Below, piece by piece: positions 30,619 to 40,321 of a DNA stretch of 64,000 nucleotides. The position numbers and the translations under genes were made by a program. Source of the stretch: Fibrobacteria bacterium (lineage in GTDB: Bacteria > Fibrobacterota > Chitinivibrionia > Chitinivibrionales > FEN-1185); the NCBI GenBank assembly GCA_037447435.1, contig JBBIGR010000005.1, positions 1 to 64,000 of the forward strand, given 5' to 3'. The notes beneath the pieces were generated by a model. That model worked only from the letters and a program-made list of their open reading frames with translations. It was not told the DNA's origin and made no database searches. Every line of letters starts with the position of its first letter. Positions within the stretch are counted from its first letter, which is position 1.

Positions 30619-31989
30619 TTGTTTACTCGTATGAAATTTAAGGGAAAACCAGTTACCGCCCGAGCCATTTTATTGGCAGCATGCATAATTATCGCTGGAG
30701 GCATACTACTCCTTTTCGGCACTCTCGAAATCACTTCCCAACCCATTTTTTGCAGTTCGTGTCATTATATGAAACCGTATTACAAGCAATGGAAAGCATC
30801 TTCGCATAATAAAGTGAATTGCCTCGATTGCCACTCAAAACCGGGATTCACTAATTATCTTAAAAGAAAATTCGCCGCATTACATGAAGTTGCGTCCATG
30901 GTTACCGGCAAATACCCTCCTCGCCCGCATGCGGAAGTGGACGATGCATCATGCCTCCGGCAGGGTTGCCATGAAACGAGACTTCTCAAAGGTAAAGTTT
31001 CTTTCAAAGGCATTTCATTCGACCATACGCCCCATTTGACCCAAGAAAGGCGCGGTCGAAAGCTTCGATGCACGACGTGTCATGCGCAAATGGCCATGGG
31101 CCGCCACATTGCGGTAACCGAAGAGGTTTGTTTCCTGTGTCACTTCAAGGACAGAATGCAAACACCGGAAGCTTCGACATCGGCATTTTGCTTGAAATGC
31201 CACAAGGTCCCTGACACGGCAGTAACAATCCGAAATACCAAAGAAACGTTTACGCATACCGATTATGTCAAGGGTAAAGTCCAATGCCAAGATTGTCATA
31301 CAGGAATCATTCGCGGAGACGGAAAAGTTCCAAAAGTCATGTGCTTTCAATGCCATAACAAACCTGAAAACCTTGAAAAATTCGACGATATCCCGTTTAT
31401 CCATGAAAACCATATTACAAAGCATAAAGTTGAATGCTATTTATGCCATACTGAAATTGAACATTCCATTTATCCGAAAGACCATGGCGAGCAAGCTCCT
31501 TCCACGCCTGCCTCCTGTACCCGTTGTCACGGCAATGGCCATCTTGCATCCCAATTGCTATATAAAGGAATTGGGGCTAGAAATGTAGCCGGGGTTACAA
31601 GCAGCATGTATCGCGCTCATGTTTCATGTACCGCTTGTCATAGGATAACACCCCAAGATACCGTATCGTTTGCAACCGGTACGCATTTTCCAAAAGCCGA
31701 CCAAACCGGATGTGCGCTTTGCCACGGCTCGGATGGTGCATCGTATTATCAAGATTGGAACGGTCAATTAAAAACAGCCTTATCGGCTGCCGACGCGGCA
31801 CTTGGTCACGCAAATTCAAATCGTCCGCAAATTGAGAAAGACTCTGCCGCTTCCAAAAAATTTGCAGATGCCGAATACAATATCCGATTTGTAAAAGCAG
31901 GCAAAGGAATACACAACATTGAATATTCTGTTGCAATTCTTGAAAATGCGACAAAAAATCTTCAAGGGTTATCGCAGGGTAAAAAGTAA
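30619..31989 (+). CDS. Membrane-anchored NapC/NrfH-type multiheme cytochrome c (11 CxxCH + 1 CX4CH)
   Basis: N-terminal TM then TSQPIFCSSCHYM...W..SSH..V.C.DCH, as in NapC/NrfH; 12 heme motifs. Confidence 0.88.
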   Translation: MFTRMKFKGKPVTARAILLAACIIIAGGILLLFGTLEITSQPIFCSSCHYMKPYYKQWKASSHNKVNCLDCHSKPGFTNYLKRKFAALHEVASMVTGKYPPRPHAEVDDASCLRQGCHETRLLKGKVSFKGISFDHTPHLTQERRGRKLRCTTCHAQMAMGRHIAVTEEVCFLCHFKDRMQTPEASTSAFCLKCHKVPDTAVTIRNTKETFTHTDYVKGKVQCQDCHTGIIRGDGKVPKVMCFQCHNKPENLEKFDDIPFIHENHITKHKVECYLCHTEIEHSIYPKDHGEQAPSTPASCTRCHGNGHLASQLLYKGIGARNVAGVTSSMYRAHVSCTACHRITPQDTVSFATGTHFPKADQTGCALCHGSDGASYYQDWNGQLKTALSAADAALGHANSNRPQIEKDSAASKKFADAEYNIRFVKAGKGIHNIEYSVAILENATKNLQGLSQGKK

Positions 31990-32147
31990 CATTGTTTTTC
32001 CCAAGCAAGTCAATTTATTGCCTTATTTGGGAAAAATTCTCCGAACAGATTAATTTTCAATGGGTGATGCAATGATTTTTAATCCGGATGATTTATTTTT
32101 GATTGCAAAACCCTTTGTTTTCTTTATAATTTTACTTGCATAATGAA

Positions 32148-32163
32148 TGGCATGGGTTTTGCA
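32148..32163 (+). promoter_or_regulatory. sigma54 promoter of the lipoprotein cytochrome gene
   Basis: TGGCATGGGTTTTGCA. Confidence 0.75.
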
Positions 32164-32263
32164 ATATTCATCAACTTGTGATATTTTTAGCATAATATTT
32201 CCATTTTTTGTAATTTTGATCTAAAACCTATAAATTTTCATCTACACTATTCAGGAGGCTCTT

Positions 32264-33445
32264 GTGAAATTTGGAAGAAGAATTGGCTTGTATGTGTTGG
32301 TATTCAGCTCTCTATTATTGACCACGACTGGATGCCTGCAGGGACCGACCGGTGCGGCTGGAAAAGATGGAAAAAGCGTTACCGACACTATTTATATCAA
32401 AGACACACTGCTGACCAGAGACTCCAGTTTCATTCGCGATTCAATTATGACCATGACCACTTGCTCGCAATGCCATTTCAATAATCAATTGATTGTTTCA
32501 AAGCAATATGAATGGGAAATGACCAAGCATGATACCGGAACGACATGGGTCGGCGAAGGTTCCAACGCAGCATGCATAGCCTGTCATAACGGTAATGCTT
32601 TTATTTTCAAGCTTTCCTCGGCGGATTCGGCCAATGTAATGGCAAATCCGACAAATGCGAATTGCCGCACGTGCCATAAAATTCATACAAAATACGACAC
32701 TACCGATTTCGCACTTGTCGGCGATGAACAACGCGTTGTATCAAAGAATAACAGTAATTTAACATTCCCCGATTACGGCGCAGGAAACCTGTGCGTGAAT
32801 TGTCACCAACTCCGTACGAATTTCCTGGAAGACGTCAAGGCGGGAAAAGGAGTCGAGGGAATCAATCCGAACAATTCGATTACTTCGACTGCCGTTATGG
32901 TTGGAACGGATTCGGTCAAATTTACGGCCACAGCAAGTCGTGCCAGCATGCATTATGGAGCGCAGGCCGAAATCGTTGCCGGTGCCGGCTTATATCTGCC
33001 GAACGGCGGAGCATCATTGAATCTTCCTTCTGCTCATAGAACAGCCATTGCCGACGGTTGCGTCGATTGCCATATGGGATCAACGAGGGTTCACACCTAT
33101 CAACCTCAGGCATCATCCTGCGCTTCGGCATCCTGCCATCCCAGCTCAATCGTCGGTCCTCGAGGCAAATTCGACATCGACAGCGTACAAACAAAAACAT
33201 TGGTTCTCGCAAAACAAGTCCGCGACTCCTTGGTTTCAAGAAAGATCGCCACCTGGGATACGACTAAAGTCTGGCCCGATCCTACCGGTCTTGGCTTCGG
33301 CGGCAAAGGGAAGACCTTCCCCGTCAGCGTCGTTGGCGCATATCTCAACTTGGGAGTGATTTTATGGGACGGAAGCAAGGGCGTTCATAATCCGAAATTT
33401 GTCAACGGCCTGCTTACCGGTTCCATTGCAGATTTAAAAAAATAA
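32264..33445 (+). CDS. Lipoprotein multiheme cytochrome c (5 CxxCH + 1 CX4CH)
   Basis: Lipobox TTGC, collagen-like GPTGAAGKDG, heme motifs, C-terminal DGSKGVHNP; AGGAGG RBS. Confidence 0.88.
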   Translation: MKFGRRIGLYVLVFSSLLLTTTGCLQGPTGAAGKDGKSVTDTIYIKDTLLTRDSSFIRDSIMTMTTCSQCHFNNQLIVSKQYEWEMTKHDTGTTWVGEGSNAACIACHNGNAFIFKLSSADSANVMANPTNANCRTCHKIHTKYDTTDFALVGDEQRVVSKNNSNLTFPDYGAGNLCVNCHQLRTNFLEDVKAGKGVEGINPNNSITSTAVMVGTDSVKFTATASRASMHYGAQAEIVAGAGLYLPNGGASLNLPSAHRTAIADGCVDCHMGSTRVHTYQPQASSCASASCHPSSIVGPRGKFDIDSVQTKTLVLAKQVRDSLVSRKIATWDTTKVWPDPTGLGFGGKGKTFPVSVVGAYLNLGVILWDGSKGVHNPKFVNGLLTGSIADLKK

Positions 33446-33466
33446 CCATCGCGATTGCGAAGTTTT

Positions 33467-33502
33467 AGAGGCTTCCCCGTTTCAGGGGAAGCCTCTTTTT
33501 TT
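33467..33502 (+). terminator. Rho-independent terminator
   Basis: AGAGGCTTCCCC-GTTTCA-GGGGAAGCCTCT followed by a T-run. Confidence 0.9.
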
Positions 33503-33532
33503 AAAATCCTTATCCGTAAAACTGGGGCAACA

Positions 33533-34315
33533 ATGATCGGTATTTGTCGGATTTGTATTGTTTTCTTTCTTATGTTTTTTTGGGGATGCAAAGGCACACA
33601 AAAAACAAACGACCAAATTGGCAAAGTAAAAAGGGATACCGTCATTAAGGTTTGCCCAATGCAAGCTGGTTCGAATGCAATTTCAGGTGCCGGTTTTTCG
33701 GGCATTGTCAAAGAGATCATTAGTACCGCGGGGTACACGTATGCACTCATTGACACAGGTAAATCCAAAGTATGGGCGGTTGCCCCCGGTGCTGCCGTTA
33801 AGGCCGGAGATACTGTTACCGTTTCCGGCGTCATGCCGATGGAAAATTACAAATCTAAGACATTGAACCGCACCTTCGATTTCGTGTATTTCGCCGGATC
33901 TATTGCCCGAAATGGCGAACAGAGAAAAAGACCGGTTTCGCCTTCCCCGCATTCGACCAATTCGTCGACCATTGTTCCGATGGCAAAGTTGGATTTTTCA
34001 AAGATAAAGAAACCTTTACACGGGGTAACAATCGCGGATATGTATACGCAAAAAGACGCTTTGATAGGAAAAAAAGTCGTTTTTGCCGCCAGGGTTGTCA
34101 AAATTACATATGCTATTTTAGGAAAGAATTGGCTGCATGTGCAGGACGGAACCGGCGATGCGGGCTCAAATGATTTAACGGTAACGACCGTGGACAACAG
34201 TAGTCCCGGCAATACCGTGATCGTTGAGGGTACCCTTGCGAAAGATAAAAAAATCGGCAATGGCGATACGTATGGTGTAATAGTTGAAAATGCAAAACTC
34301 ACAGCAGAGAAATAG
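33533..34315 (+). CDS. NrfJ-like two-OB-fold lipoprotein
   Basis: Lipobox FWGC; GYTY......WA, SKTLNRTF..VYF, ILGKNWLHVQDGTG. Confidence 0.65.
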   Translation: MIGICRICIVFFLMFFWGCKGTQKTNDQIGKVKRDTVIKVCPMQAGSNAISGAGFSGIVKEIISTAGYTYALIDTGKSKVWAVAPGAAVKAGDTVTVSGVMPMENYKSKTLNRTFDFVYFAGSIARNGEQRKRPVSPSPHSTNSSTIVPMAKLDFSKIKKPLHGVTIADMYTQKDALIGKKVVFAARVVKITYAILGKNWLHVQDGTGDAGSNDLTVTTVDNSSPGNTVIVEGTLAKDKKIGNGDTYGVIVENAKLTAEK

Positions 34316-34351
34316 ATGGAAATTCATCTTTTGAAAGAATGATGATTCATC
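34315..34351. promoter_or_regulatory. Tandem motif B sites
   Basis: GATGGAAATTCATC (34315) and AATGATGATTCATC (34338). Confidence 0.5.
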
Positions 34352-34413
34352 TTGGTTTTGTATAACGAAAGAATAATTCAGCCTTTTTTGATAATTTTAA
34401 GACCATAGCCCCT

Positions 34414-34429
34414 TGGCATAGTTGTTGCA
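34414..34429 (+). promoter_or_regulatory. sigma54 promoter of the porin-cytochrome operon
   Basis: TGGCATAGTTGTTGCA. Confidence 0.75.
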
Positions 34430-34514
34430 TATATAGTATGATCGAATTAAATTTTATTTATCGCGCTCTGTGCGGCGAATAATTAGCCCTTTAGACCTAT
34501 TCCAGGCATTATTA

Positions 34515-35735
34515 ATGATCAAGTTTATCCATTTTTCCGTTTTGGCGATTTTTATTTTTTTAATCGGAAACGTATACCCAACGTCATTGGATGTTGTTCT
34601 TGACAACTCGTTCAATGCCCGAAAGAACCTTATCGATTCGTCTGCGAAAACGTATACGTATGCTGAAGCGTTAAGCGTCAATCTGCTCAAATTGGGATCA
34701 ACGGATATTTCGTTTTATTCCGACCTTGGGCTTTCGAATACATTTCTCGACACTGCGCATAAACAATTTGACCTCCGTACTTTTTATATAGACGTTCCTG
34801 CATCCGCAAACTTCGATGCGAAAATAGGGCGTCAATTGTTTTGCGACTTGTCGTCAAGAAATGTTTGTCTTGATGGTGCAAAGTTCCAATACGATTTTCC
34901 CCAACAAGCGAAGCTGCATGGTTACGTCGGTGAACCGGTTCCGTCGGTTGATGGAAAATCCTTTGTCAGGCATGATCTGCACCTTCTTCAGGAAGGCTTC
35001 GGAGCCGATGTGGCGCTGGACCGCTCGACATGGATCGGTTTGCAAACCGCCTATCTCCCCGATACCGGCGGAGCAAAAGAAAGAATTCCGGTTTGCGGAT
35101 ATGTGGATTCCCGTCTGTCTAAAAATCTTAATTTGAAAATGAATGCAAATTACGACATGTCGGCAGAGTCAATGGAAGAATATGGCGTTTCGTTAAGCGG
35201 AAGAACATCGGCTCATTTGCAATGGAGAGTTTTTGCGCTCGGCGGAAACCGTGCAATAGATTCTATGAATGCCTATGAAAAGCTTGTGCTTGGAACCTAT
35301 AACGATGTCGGCGTTCAAATCGGCTATAACGACCGAAAGAATTATGTTCGGGGTTACTATTCGTTACGATCATTGGAAAACGGCAGCGATCATTTAGCCG
35401 GTATTGCAGCCTCTTTCTTCGGCGTATTTCTCGATCTCGAAACCGGTAGCGGAATTAGCGGCAATAGCGTCAAGACTTCAGCCGGTTATTGCCGGAATAT
35501 CTTAGAACTGCTTCAAGGCGGCGCTTCGGTTTCGTATTATGTATTCAGTCTGAGCCAAAATCCCTCGCAAGAGCATTCGATAACGACTCGTGCCTATGTG
35601 AACTGGTTAATCCCCACGCTCGGACTTTCGGTATCCCCTGAAATTCAATATTTGTCCAATCAATATTATCATAAAGACATTCGATTCCAAATCAATGCTC
35701 AGTATCAATATCTTTCTTTCTGGAAATCTAAATGA
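34515..35735 (+). CDS. Putative outer-membrane beta-barrel (porin of a porin-cytochrome complex)
   Basis: Signal peptide; many alternating aromatic/hydrophobic strands (AKIGRQ, LKMNANYD, VQIGYN, FQINAQYQY); no internal TM helices; stop overlaps the decaheme start. Confidence 0.65.
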   Translation: MIKFIHFSVLAIFIFLIGNVYPTSLDVVLDNSFNARKNLIDSSAKTYTYAEALSVNLLKLGSTDISFYSDLGLSNTFLDTAHKQFDLRTFYIDVPASANFDAKIGRQLFCDLSSRNVCLDGAKFQYDFPQQAKLHGYVGEPVPSVDGKSFVRHDLHLLQEGFGADVALDRSTWIGLQTAYLPDTGGAKERIPVCGYVDSRLSKNLNLKMNANYDMSAESMEEYGVSLSGRTSAHLQWRVFALGGNRAIDSMNAYEKLVLGTYNDVGVQIGYNDRKNYVRGYYSLRSLENGSDHLAGIAASFFGVFLDLETGSGISGNSVKTSAGYCRNILELLQGGASVSYYVFSLSQNPSQEHSITTRAYVNWLIPTLGLSVSPEIQYLSNQYYHKDIRFQINAQYQYLSFWKSK

Positions 35736-36460
35736 GACTAGAACTACTTGCCGTTTTCGCCTTTTTCACGCTCGCTCTCGGTAATTCGGGCCCTCCCGAC
35801 ACGCTTAAGTTTTCCCATAAGTCGCATATACAGGATATCGGCGCGCGGTGCATCGACTGTCATGTTACTTTATCGGATAAAGGCAAGCCGGCCAAAGCAC
35901 CAATTGTTTCGGAAGCGACCTGCAAAAAGTGTCATGACAATAAAACAGCGGACTTTGCATGTAACGTCTGCCATACGAATTCCGGTAATGTGACGCCAGG
36001 AAAGCCGACGTCTCTCGCAACAAGATTCCCGCATGCCAAGCATTTGGATTCTTCGGCGACTTGCACGCCCTGCCATCTGGGAGTTGAATCCGTTGCAATC
36101 GCAGACAAAAAGAATTTTCCGACCATGAAAACCTGTCAAACATGTCACGATGACCGTAAAGCACCTTCTTCGTGTGCTGTTTGTCATATTGATCTTGCGG
36201 CCATAAAACCGGTCACCCACGACGGCCAATGGCTTGAAGTCGGCGGACACGGGTATCAAGCTCGTTTCCCCGGAGCCGAATGTTCAAATTGCCATCAAAC
36301 ATCGTATTGCAATCAATGTCATCAAGGAAATACTCCGGTCAAGATTCATTCACCCGGCTATGAATTTGAGCATGGTCTCGATGTAAAGCAAAAAACTATG
36401 GATTGTACCGTTTGTCACGAAGCGTCAAGCATGTGCCTCCGTTGTCACGGGGGTAAATAA
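35732..36460 (+). CDS. Periplasmic decaheme cytochrome c
   Basis: Signal peptide; 10 CxxCH in 242 aa; c3-like FSH..H and FPH..H motifs. Confidence 0.9.
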   Translation: MRLELLAVFAFFTLALGNSGPPDTLKFSHKSHIQDIGARCIDCHVTLSDKGKPAKAPIVSEATCKKCHDNKTADFACNVCHTNSGNVTPGKPTSLATRFPHAKHLDSSATCTPCHLGVESVAIADKKNFPTMKTCQTCHDDRKAPSSCAVCHIDLAAIKPVTHDGQWLEVGGHGYQARFPGAECSNCHQTSYCNQCHQGNTPVKIHSPGYEFEHGLDVKQKTMDCTVCHEASSMCLRCHGGK

Positions 36461-37353
36461 TGAGCTTTAAAAAAATCATTGTTTTTGTAGGACTCGTTGC
36501 CGCGTTTACAGGCTGTTCCAGCCTCAATGACAACATTGCGGTGGTATCTGCAAATAAATGCAGAGCTTGCCACGCACTTCCTCCCGCCGATCTTGTGCAT
36601 ACTGCCCATGTCGACACAATGCATTACTCGTGCGAAATTTGCCATAAAGGGGCTAGCGACAGCTTACAAACCGTTTCAAAAGGCCACAGTTTAGGAGTCG
36701 TGCAAGTTCATATATCTTCCGCATTCGACCCGAACGGTACGGCCACTTACGACCCCGTAAAAATGACCTGCAACATGATTTATTGCCATGGGAATTTCGT
36801 TGCGGGCAATTTGGGGACCGTCAAAACAACGGACATGGTTACCGGTTGCAGTTTTTGCCATGCGACTCCCCCGGTAGACCGTATGCATTCTGCCCATATA
36901 GATACCATGCATTATGCGTGCGTTTTGTGCCACATAGGCGCCGGAGAGACGCAATTATCGGCTGATGCCAAAAAGCTCCATGTCAATGGTATTGTCGACG
37001 TGCAAATCAAATCATCCTTTGACACAACCGGTAAAGCGTATTACGATAATAGCAAGAAAACATGTAACCTCGTCTATTGCCATGGTGCCGTTGTACCGAA
37101 AGATTCCGGAATTGTCAATATTCAGGACACCGTTACCGGTTGCGGGTTCTGTCATGACCTTAACAAATTAAGACTTGTCGACCATCACGACTCCTTAAAA
37201 TTGCCTATCAAAACTTTTTATAAGTGCGGCCTGTGTCACCCTGGATATGATCTGGCGACAAAAAAAACCAATGACGCCCTTCATATCAATGGCCACATCG
37301 ATGTCGCCGGTTGCGATCAATGCCATGAGTTACGAACATGGATAAGGAAATGA
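36460..37353 (+). CDS. Lipoprotein nonaheme cytochrome c with CxxxxCH/CxxCH repeats (7 CxxCH + 2 CX4CH)
   Basis: Lipobox FTGC; TCNMIYCH and TCNLVYCH plus H.NG..DV segments, as in Geobacter-type CxxxxCH...CxxCH domains. Confidence 0.88.
   Translation: MSFKKIIVFVGLVAAFTGCSSLNDNIAVVSANKCRACHALPPADLVHTAHVDTMHYSCEICHKGASDSLQTVSKGHSLGVVQVHISSAFDPNGTATYDPVKMTCNMIYCHGNFVAGNLGTVKTTDMVTGCSFCHATPPVDRMHSAHIDTMHYACVLCHIGAGETQLSADAKKLHVNGIVDVQIKSSFDTTGKAYYDNSKKTCNLVYCHGAVVPKDSGIVNIQDTVTGCGFCHDLNKLRLVDHHDSLKLPIKTFYKCGLCHPGYDLATKKTNDALHINGHIDVAGCDQCHELRTWIRK
36559..37140 (+). repeat. Intragenic tandem duplication (96 and 98 codons, plus a partial third unit)
   Basis: CH..PP.D..H.AH.DTMHY.C..CH...S.FD..G.A.YD....TCN..YCHG...VTG occurs twice. 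Confidence 0.85.
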
Positions 37354-37354
37354 A

Positions 37355-40150
37355 GTGCCTGGAACAATCGAGGATTCAATTGTTTCTATGAAATCGATTG
37401 GATCCGGGCGCGAACGATTGAACCCTGTTCACAATGTTTTCCTTATTGTCACTTTTATTTTCTTAAGTGCAAACGCCCGGTTCGTCGATAGTCCCGCCAC
37501 ATGCCTTGAGTGCCATAAAGACAATACCCTTGTTTCCGAAAAAAAACCGAAAAAGTCATTGTTTGTCGATAAAAGCATTTTAGAAAATTCGATCCATGCG
37601 AAACTGAATTGCGTCGATTGTCATGTTGATGCCGATGTTGAAGACTTTCCCCATCCATCGCTTAAAGCCGCAAAATGCGACAAATGCCATTCGGTCGAAG
37701 TCAACGACTATTCCTTAAGCCGTCACCAAAATGCCGTAAACAAAAACAACCCCAAAGGTCCGGGCTGTTCCACCTGCCACGGGACGCACGATATTCTGTC
37801 CAATAAAGATTTAAATTCCCCCACGTATGTCCTAAACATCAATCAATCTTGTCTTAAATGTCATGGCGATAAAACAAAGCCGTCTTCGGAACAGGAAGAT
37901 TTTTCCGACCGAATTCATGGAAAAGGTGAAAAACAACACTTAAAAGTTACCGCCGTGTGCACGAATTGCCACAACAGCCATGATGTGCTCCGCCATACCG
38001 ATAGAAATTCGCCTACCAGCCGTGGGAAGCTCGTTTCGACCTGTTCCGTTTGCCATGCCCAAATAGAAGATTTACATAAAAAAATCGTATCGGTTGGAAA
38101 TACGATGTCCGGCTCGCCCAAGCTCCCCGAGTGCGGCGGTTGTCATGCGCTCCATGCCAAACGGAAAGTCTTTCCCGACGAAACATTCTCCGACGACTAT
38201 TGTCTGAATTGTCATAGTACGGCAAACAACAAAAGTCATATGATACAAGACAATTTGCGGGTAAACATGTCGGAAATAGACAGTTCCGCCCACAAAAACC
38301 TGCATTGCATCGAATGTCATTCGAACGTCGCTAAAAACCACGATCCCGTATGCGAAAAAAGCGGTAAAGTAAACTGTGCGACTTGTCATTCGAAAGTCGT
38401 TTCCGTCTATAATACCAGTATTCACGGCGTTCTGCACGCAAACGGTGAAAATGCTGCCCCGGTTTGTACCGATTGTCATGGGACGCATGCGACCAGGAGC
38501 AAAAACGATCCTGCATCTCCGGTCTCGCGATTGAATGAAATTATGCTATGCGGTCAATGTCACAAGGAAGGCGGAAAGGCGGAAGTGCGCAATCCGCAAA
38601 CAAACGGATTGTGGGAAAAATATACCCGCAGTATTCATGGGCAAGGTGCCATTAACAGCGGCCTGGTCGTCACCGCGGTCTGCACCGATTGTCATTCGAC
38701 GCATGGCGAACGCAAAGCAAGCGACACCCTATCAACCGTCAACAGAACCAAGATCGTTAAAACATGCGCTCGTTGTCATCAGGGAATTTATGAAAAATTT
38801 TCAGCCAGCGTTCATAGTCCGCTTATTACCAAAACAACGAAAACGCTTCCGGTTTGTTCCGATTGCCATCCGCTGCACAATATTTCCCGGGTTACCGACG
38901 ATGCATTTCGCCAACAAATTTTGGCGCAATGCGGAAAATGTCATATTGACGTATCTGAAACTTATTTTGAAACGTATCATGGTAAAAAATCCCGGCTCGG
39001 GTCTAATCATGCGGCGAAATGTTCGGATTGTCATGGATCGCATACCATATTTGCCCTTTCCGACCAACGATCGACACTTTCCAAAGCGAACATTGTCGCG
39101 ACGTGTAAGAAATGCCATCCTGGTTCAAACAAAGGGTTCACCGGGTATTTGCCGCATGCCACGTATCAGGATAAACACAAGTATCCGGTTCTTTTTTATT
39201 CCTTTTGGAGCATGAGCGCATTGCTTTTTGGGACATTCGGCTTTTTCGGGCTTCACACCATTTTATGGATTCCACGGTCCATTCGGGAACGTTTAAAACG
39301 TCGTCCGAACAGTATCGAATTGAATGGAAAATGGGTTAAACGATTCCCCGCATATTACCGGGTTTTGCATGTTTTTGTCATAATTTCATTTTTAGGGTTG
39401 GCATTGACCGGTATGGCATTGAAATTTTCCGATCAGAATTGGGCAATCGCGATTTCCCGATTCCTGGGAGGTATATATGTAAACGGGTTTATTCACCGCC
39501 TTTGTGCGATTATCACCTTCGGTTATTTCAGCGCGCATCTTATTGAACTTTTTGTTCGAATGAAACGGGAAAAACAAAAATTCGTCGACTTTGTTTTTCT
39601 CAAAGACAGCATGATCCCGACCTGGCGCGATGCGAAAGAATTTTGGCAAAGTATTTTGTGGTTTACAGGTTTTGGGCCCCGACCGGCGTACGGCAGGTGG
39701 ACGTATTGGGAAAAATTCGACTATTTCGCCGTATTTTGGGGCGTTATGATTATAGGTTCGACAGGTCTTATGTTATGGTTCCCGGAATTTTTTACCCGGT
39801 TCTTACCCGGATGGTTTATTAACATTGCCACTATCATTCATAGTGACGAAGCGCTTCTTGCCGTCGGCTTTATTTTCACCATACATTTTTTCAATACGCA
39901 TTTCAGACCCGATAAATTTCCAATGGATATGGTGATTTTTACCGGTCGAGTTCCCTTCGAGGTTTTTTCTGAAGAACGGCCTCGAGAACTTGAAGAATTA
40001 AAATCACAAAACCGACTTGATAGCATGTTTATGGAGCCCCCCTCAAAAAAATTAATTCTCATTGCGCGTGTTTTTGGAATATCGGCTTTAGTCACAGGAT
40101 TACTGCTTGCCGGTTTGATTATTTGGACTATGGTGTCGAAACTTTTTTAA
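37355..40150 (+). CDS. CbcL-like multiheme cytochrome c / cytochrome b fusion (19 CxxCH)
   Basis: 19 CxxCH, then a membrane domain with [41 protein letters not shown]; exact start uncertain. Confidence 0.88.
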   Translation: MPGTIEDSIVSMKSIGSGRERLNPVHNVFLIVTFIFLSANARFVDSPATCLECHKDNTLVSEKKPKKSLFVDKSILENSIHAKLNCVDCHVDADVEDFPHPSLKAAKCDKCHSVEVNDYSLSRHQNAVNKNNPKGPGCSTCHGTHDILSNKDLNSPTYVLNINQSCLKCHGDKTKPSSEQEDFSDRIHGKGEKQHLKVTAVCTNCHNSHDVLRHTDRNSPTSRGKLVSTCSVCHAQIEDLHKKIVSVGNTMSGSPKLPECGGCHALHAKRKVFPDETFSDDYCLNCHSTANNKSHMIQDNLRVNMSEIDSSAHKNLHCIECHSNVAKNHDPVCEKSGKVNCATCHSKVVSVYNTSIHGVLHANGENAAPVCTDCHGTHATRSKNDPASPVSRLNEIMLCGQCHKEGGKAEVRNPQTNGLWEKYTRSIHGQGAINSGLVVTAVCTDCHSTHGERKASDTLSTVNRTKIVKTCARCHQGIYEKFSASVHSPLITKTTKTLPVCSDCHPLHNISRVTDDAFRQQILAQCGKCHIDVSETYFETYHGKKSRLGSNHAAKCSDCHGSHTIFALSDQRSTLSKANIVATCKKCHPGSNKGFTGYLPHATYQDKHKYPVLFYSFWSMSALLFGTFGFFGLHTILWIPRSIRERLKRRPNSIELNGKWVKRFPAYYRVLHVFVIISFLGLALTGMALKFSDQNWAIAISRFLGGIYVNGFIHRLCAIITFGYFSAHLIELFVRMKREKQKFVDFVFLKDSMIPTWRDAKEFWQSILWFTGFGPRPAYGRWTYWEKFDYFAVFWGVMIIGSTGLMLWFPEFFTRFLPGWFINIATIIHSDEALLAVGFIFTIHFFNTHFRPDKFPMDMVIFTGRVPFEVFSEERPRELEELKSQNRLDSMFMEPPSKKLILIARVFGISALVTGLLLAGLIIWTMVSKLF

Positions 40151-40321
40151 ATCATGGATAAAACGTCTTGCGATGGAATCGGGTATAAAACATATTGATC
40201 AAATCCGGGCCAAGGTAAAATATTGATACCTATATTCACGTATTCAGTTTGCTCATTATGATAAAAATTGCTGCAAACTGCATACATACATTAATTTCTT
40301 CATTTTTGCAGGAGGATGTGT

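Noticed and set aside
31995..32036. TTTTTCCCAA...TTGGGAAAAA inverted repeat as a terminator or mobile-element end
   Set aside because: AT-rich, imperfect inner stem, no transposase or second copy; too weak to call
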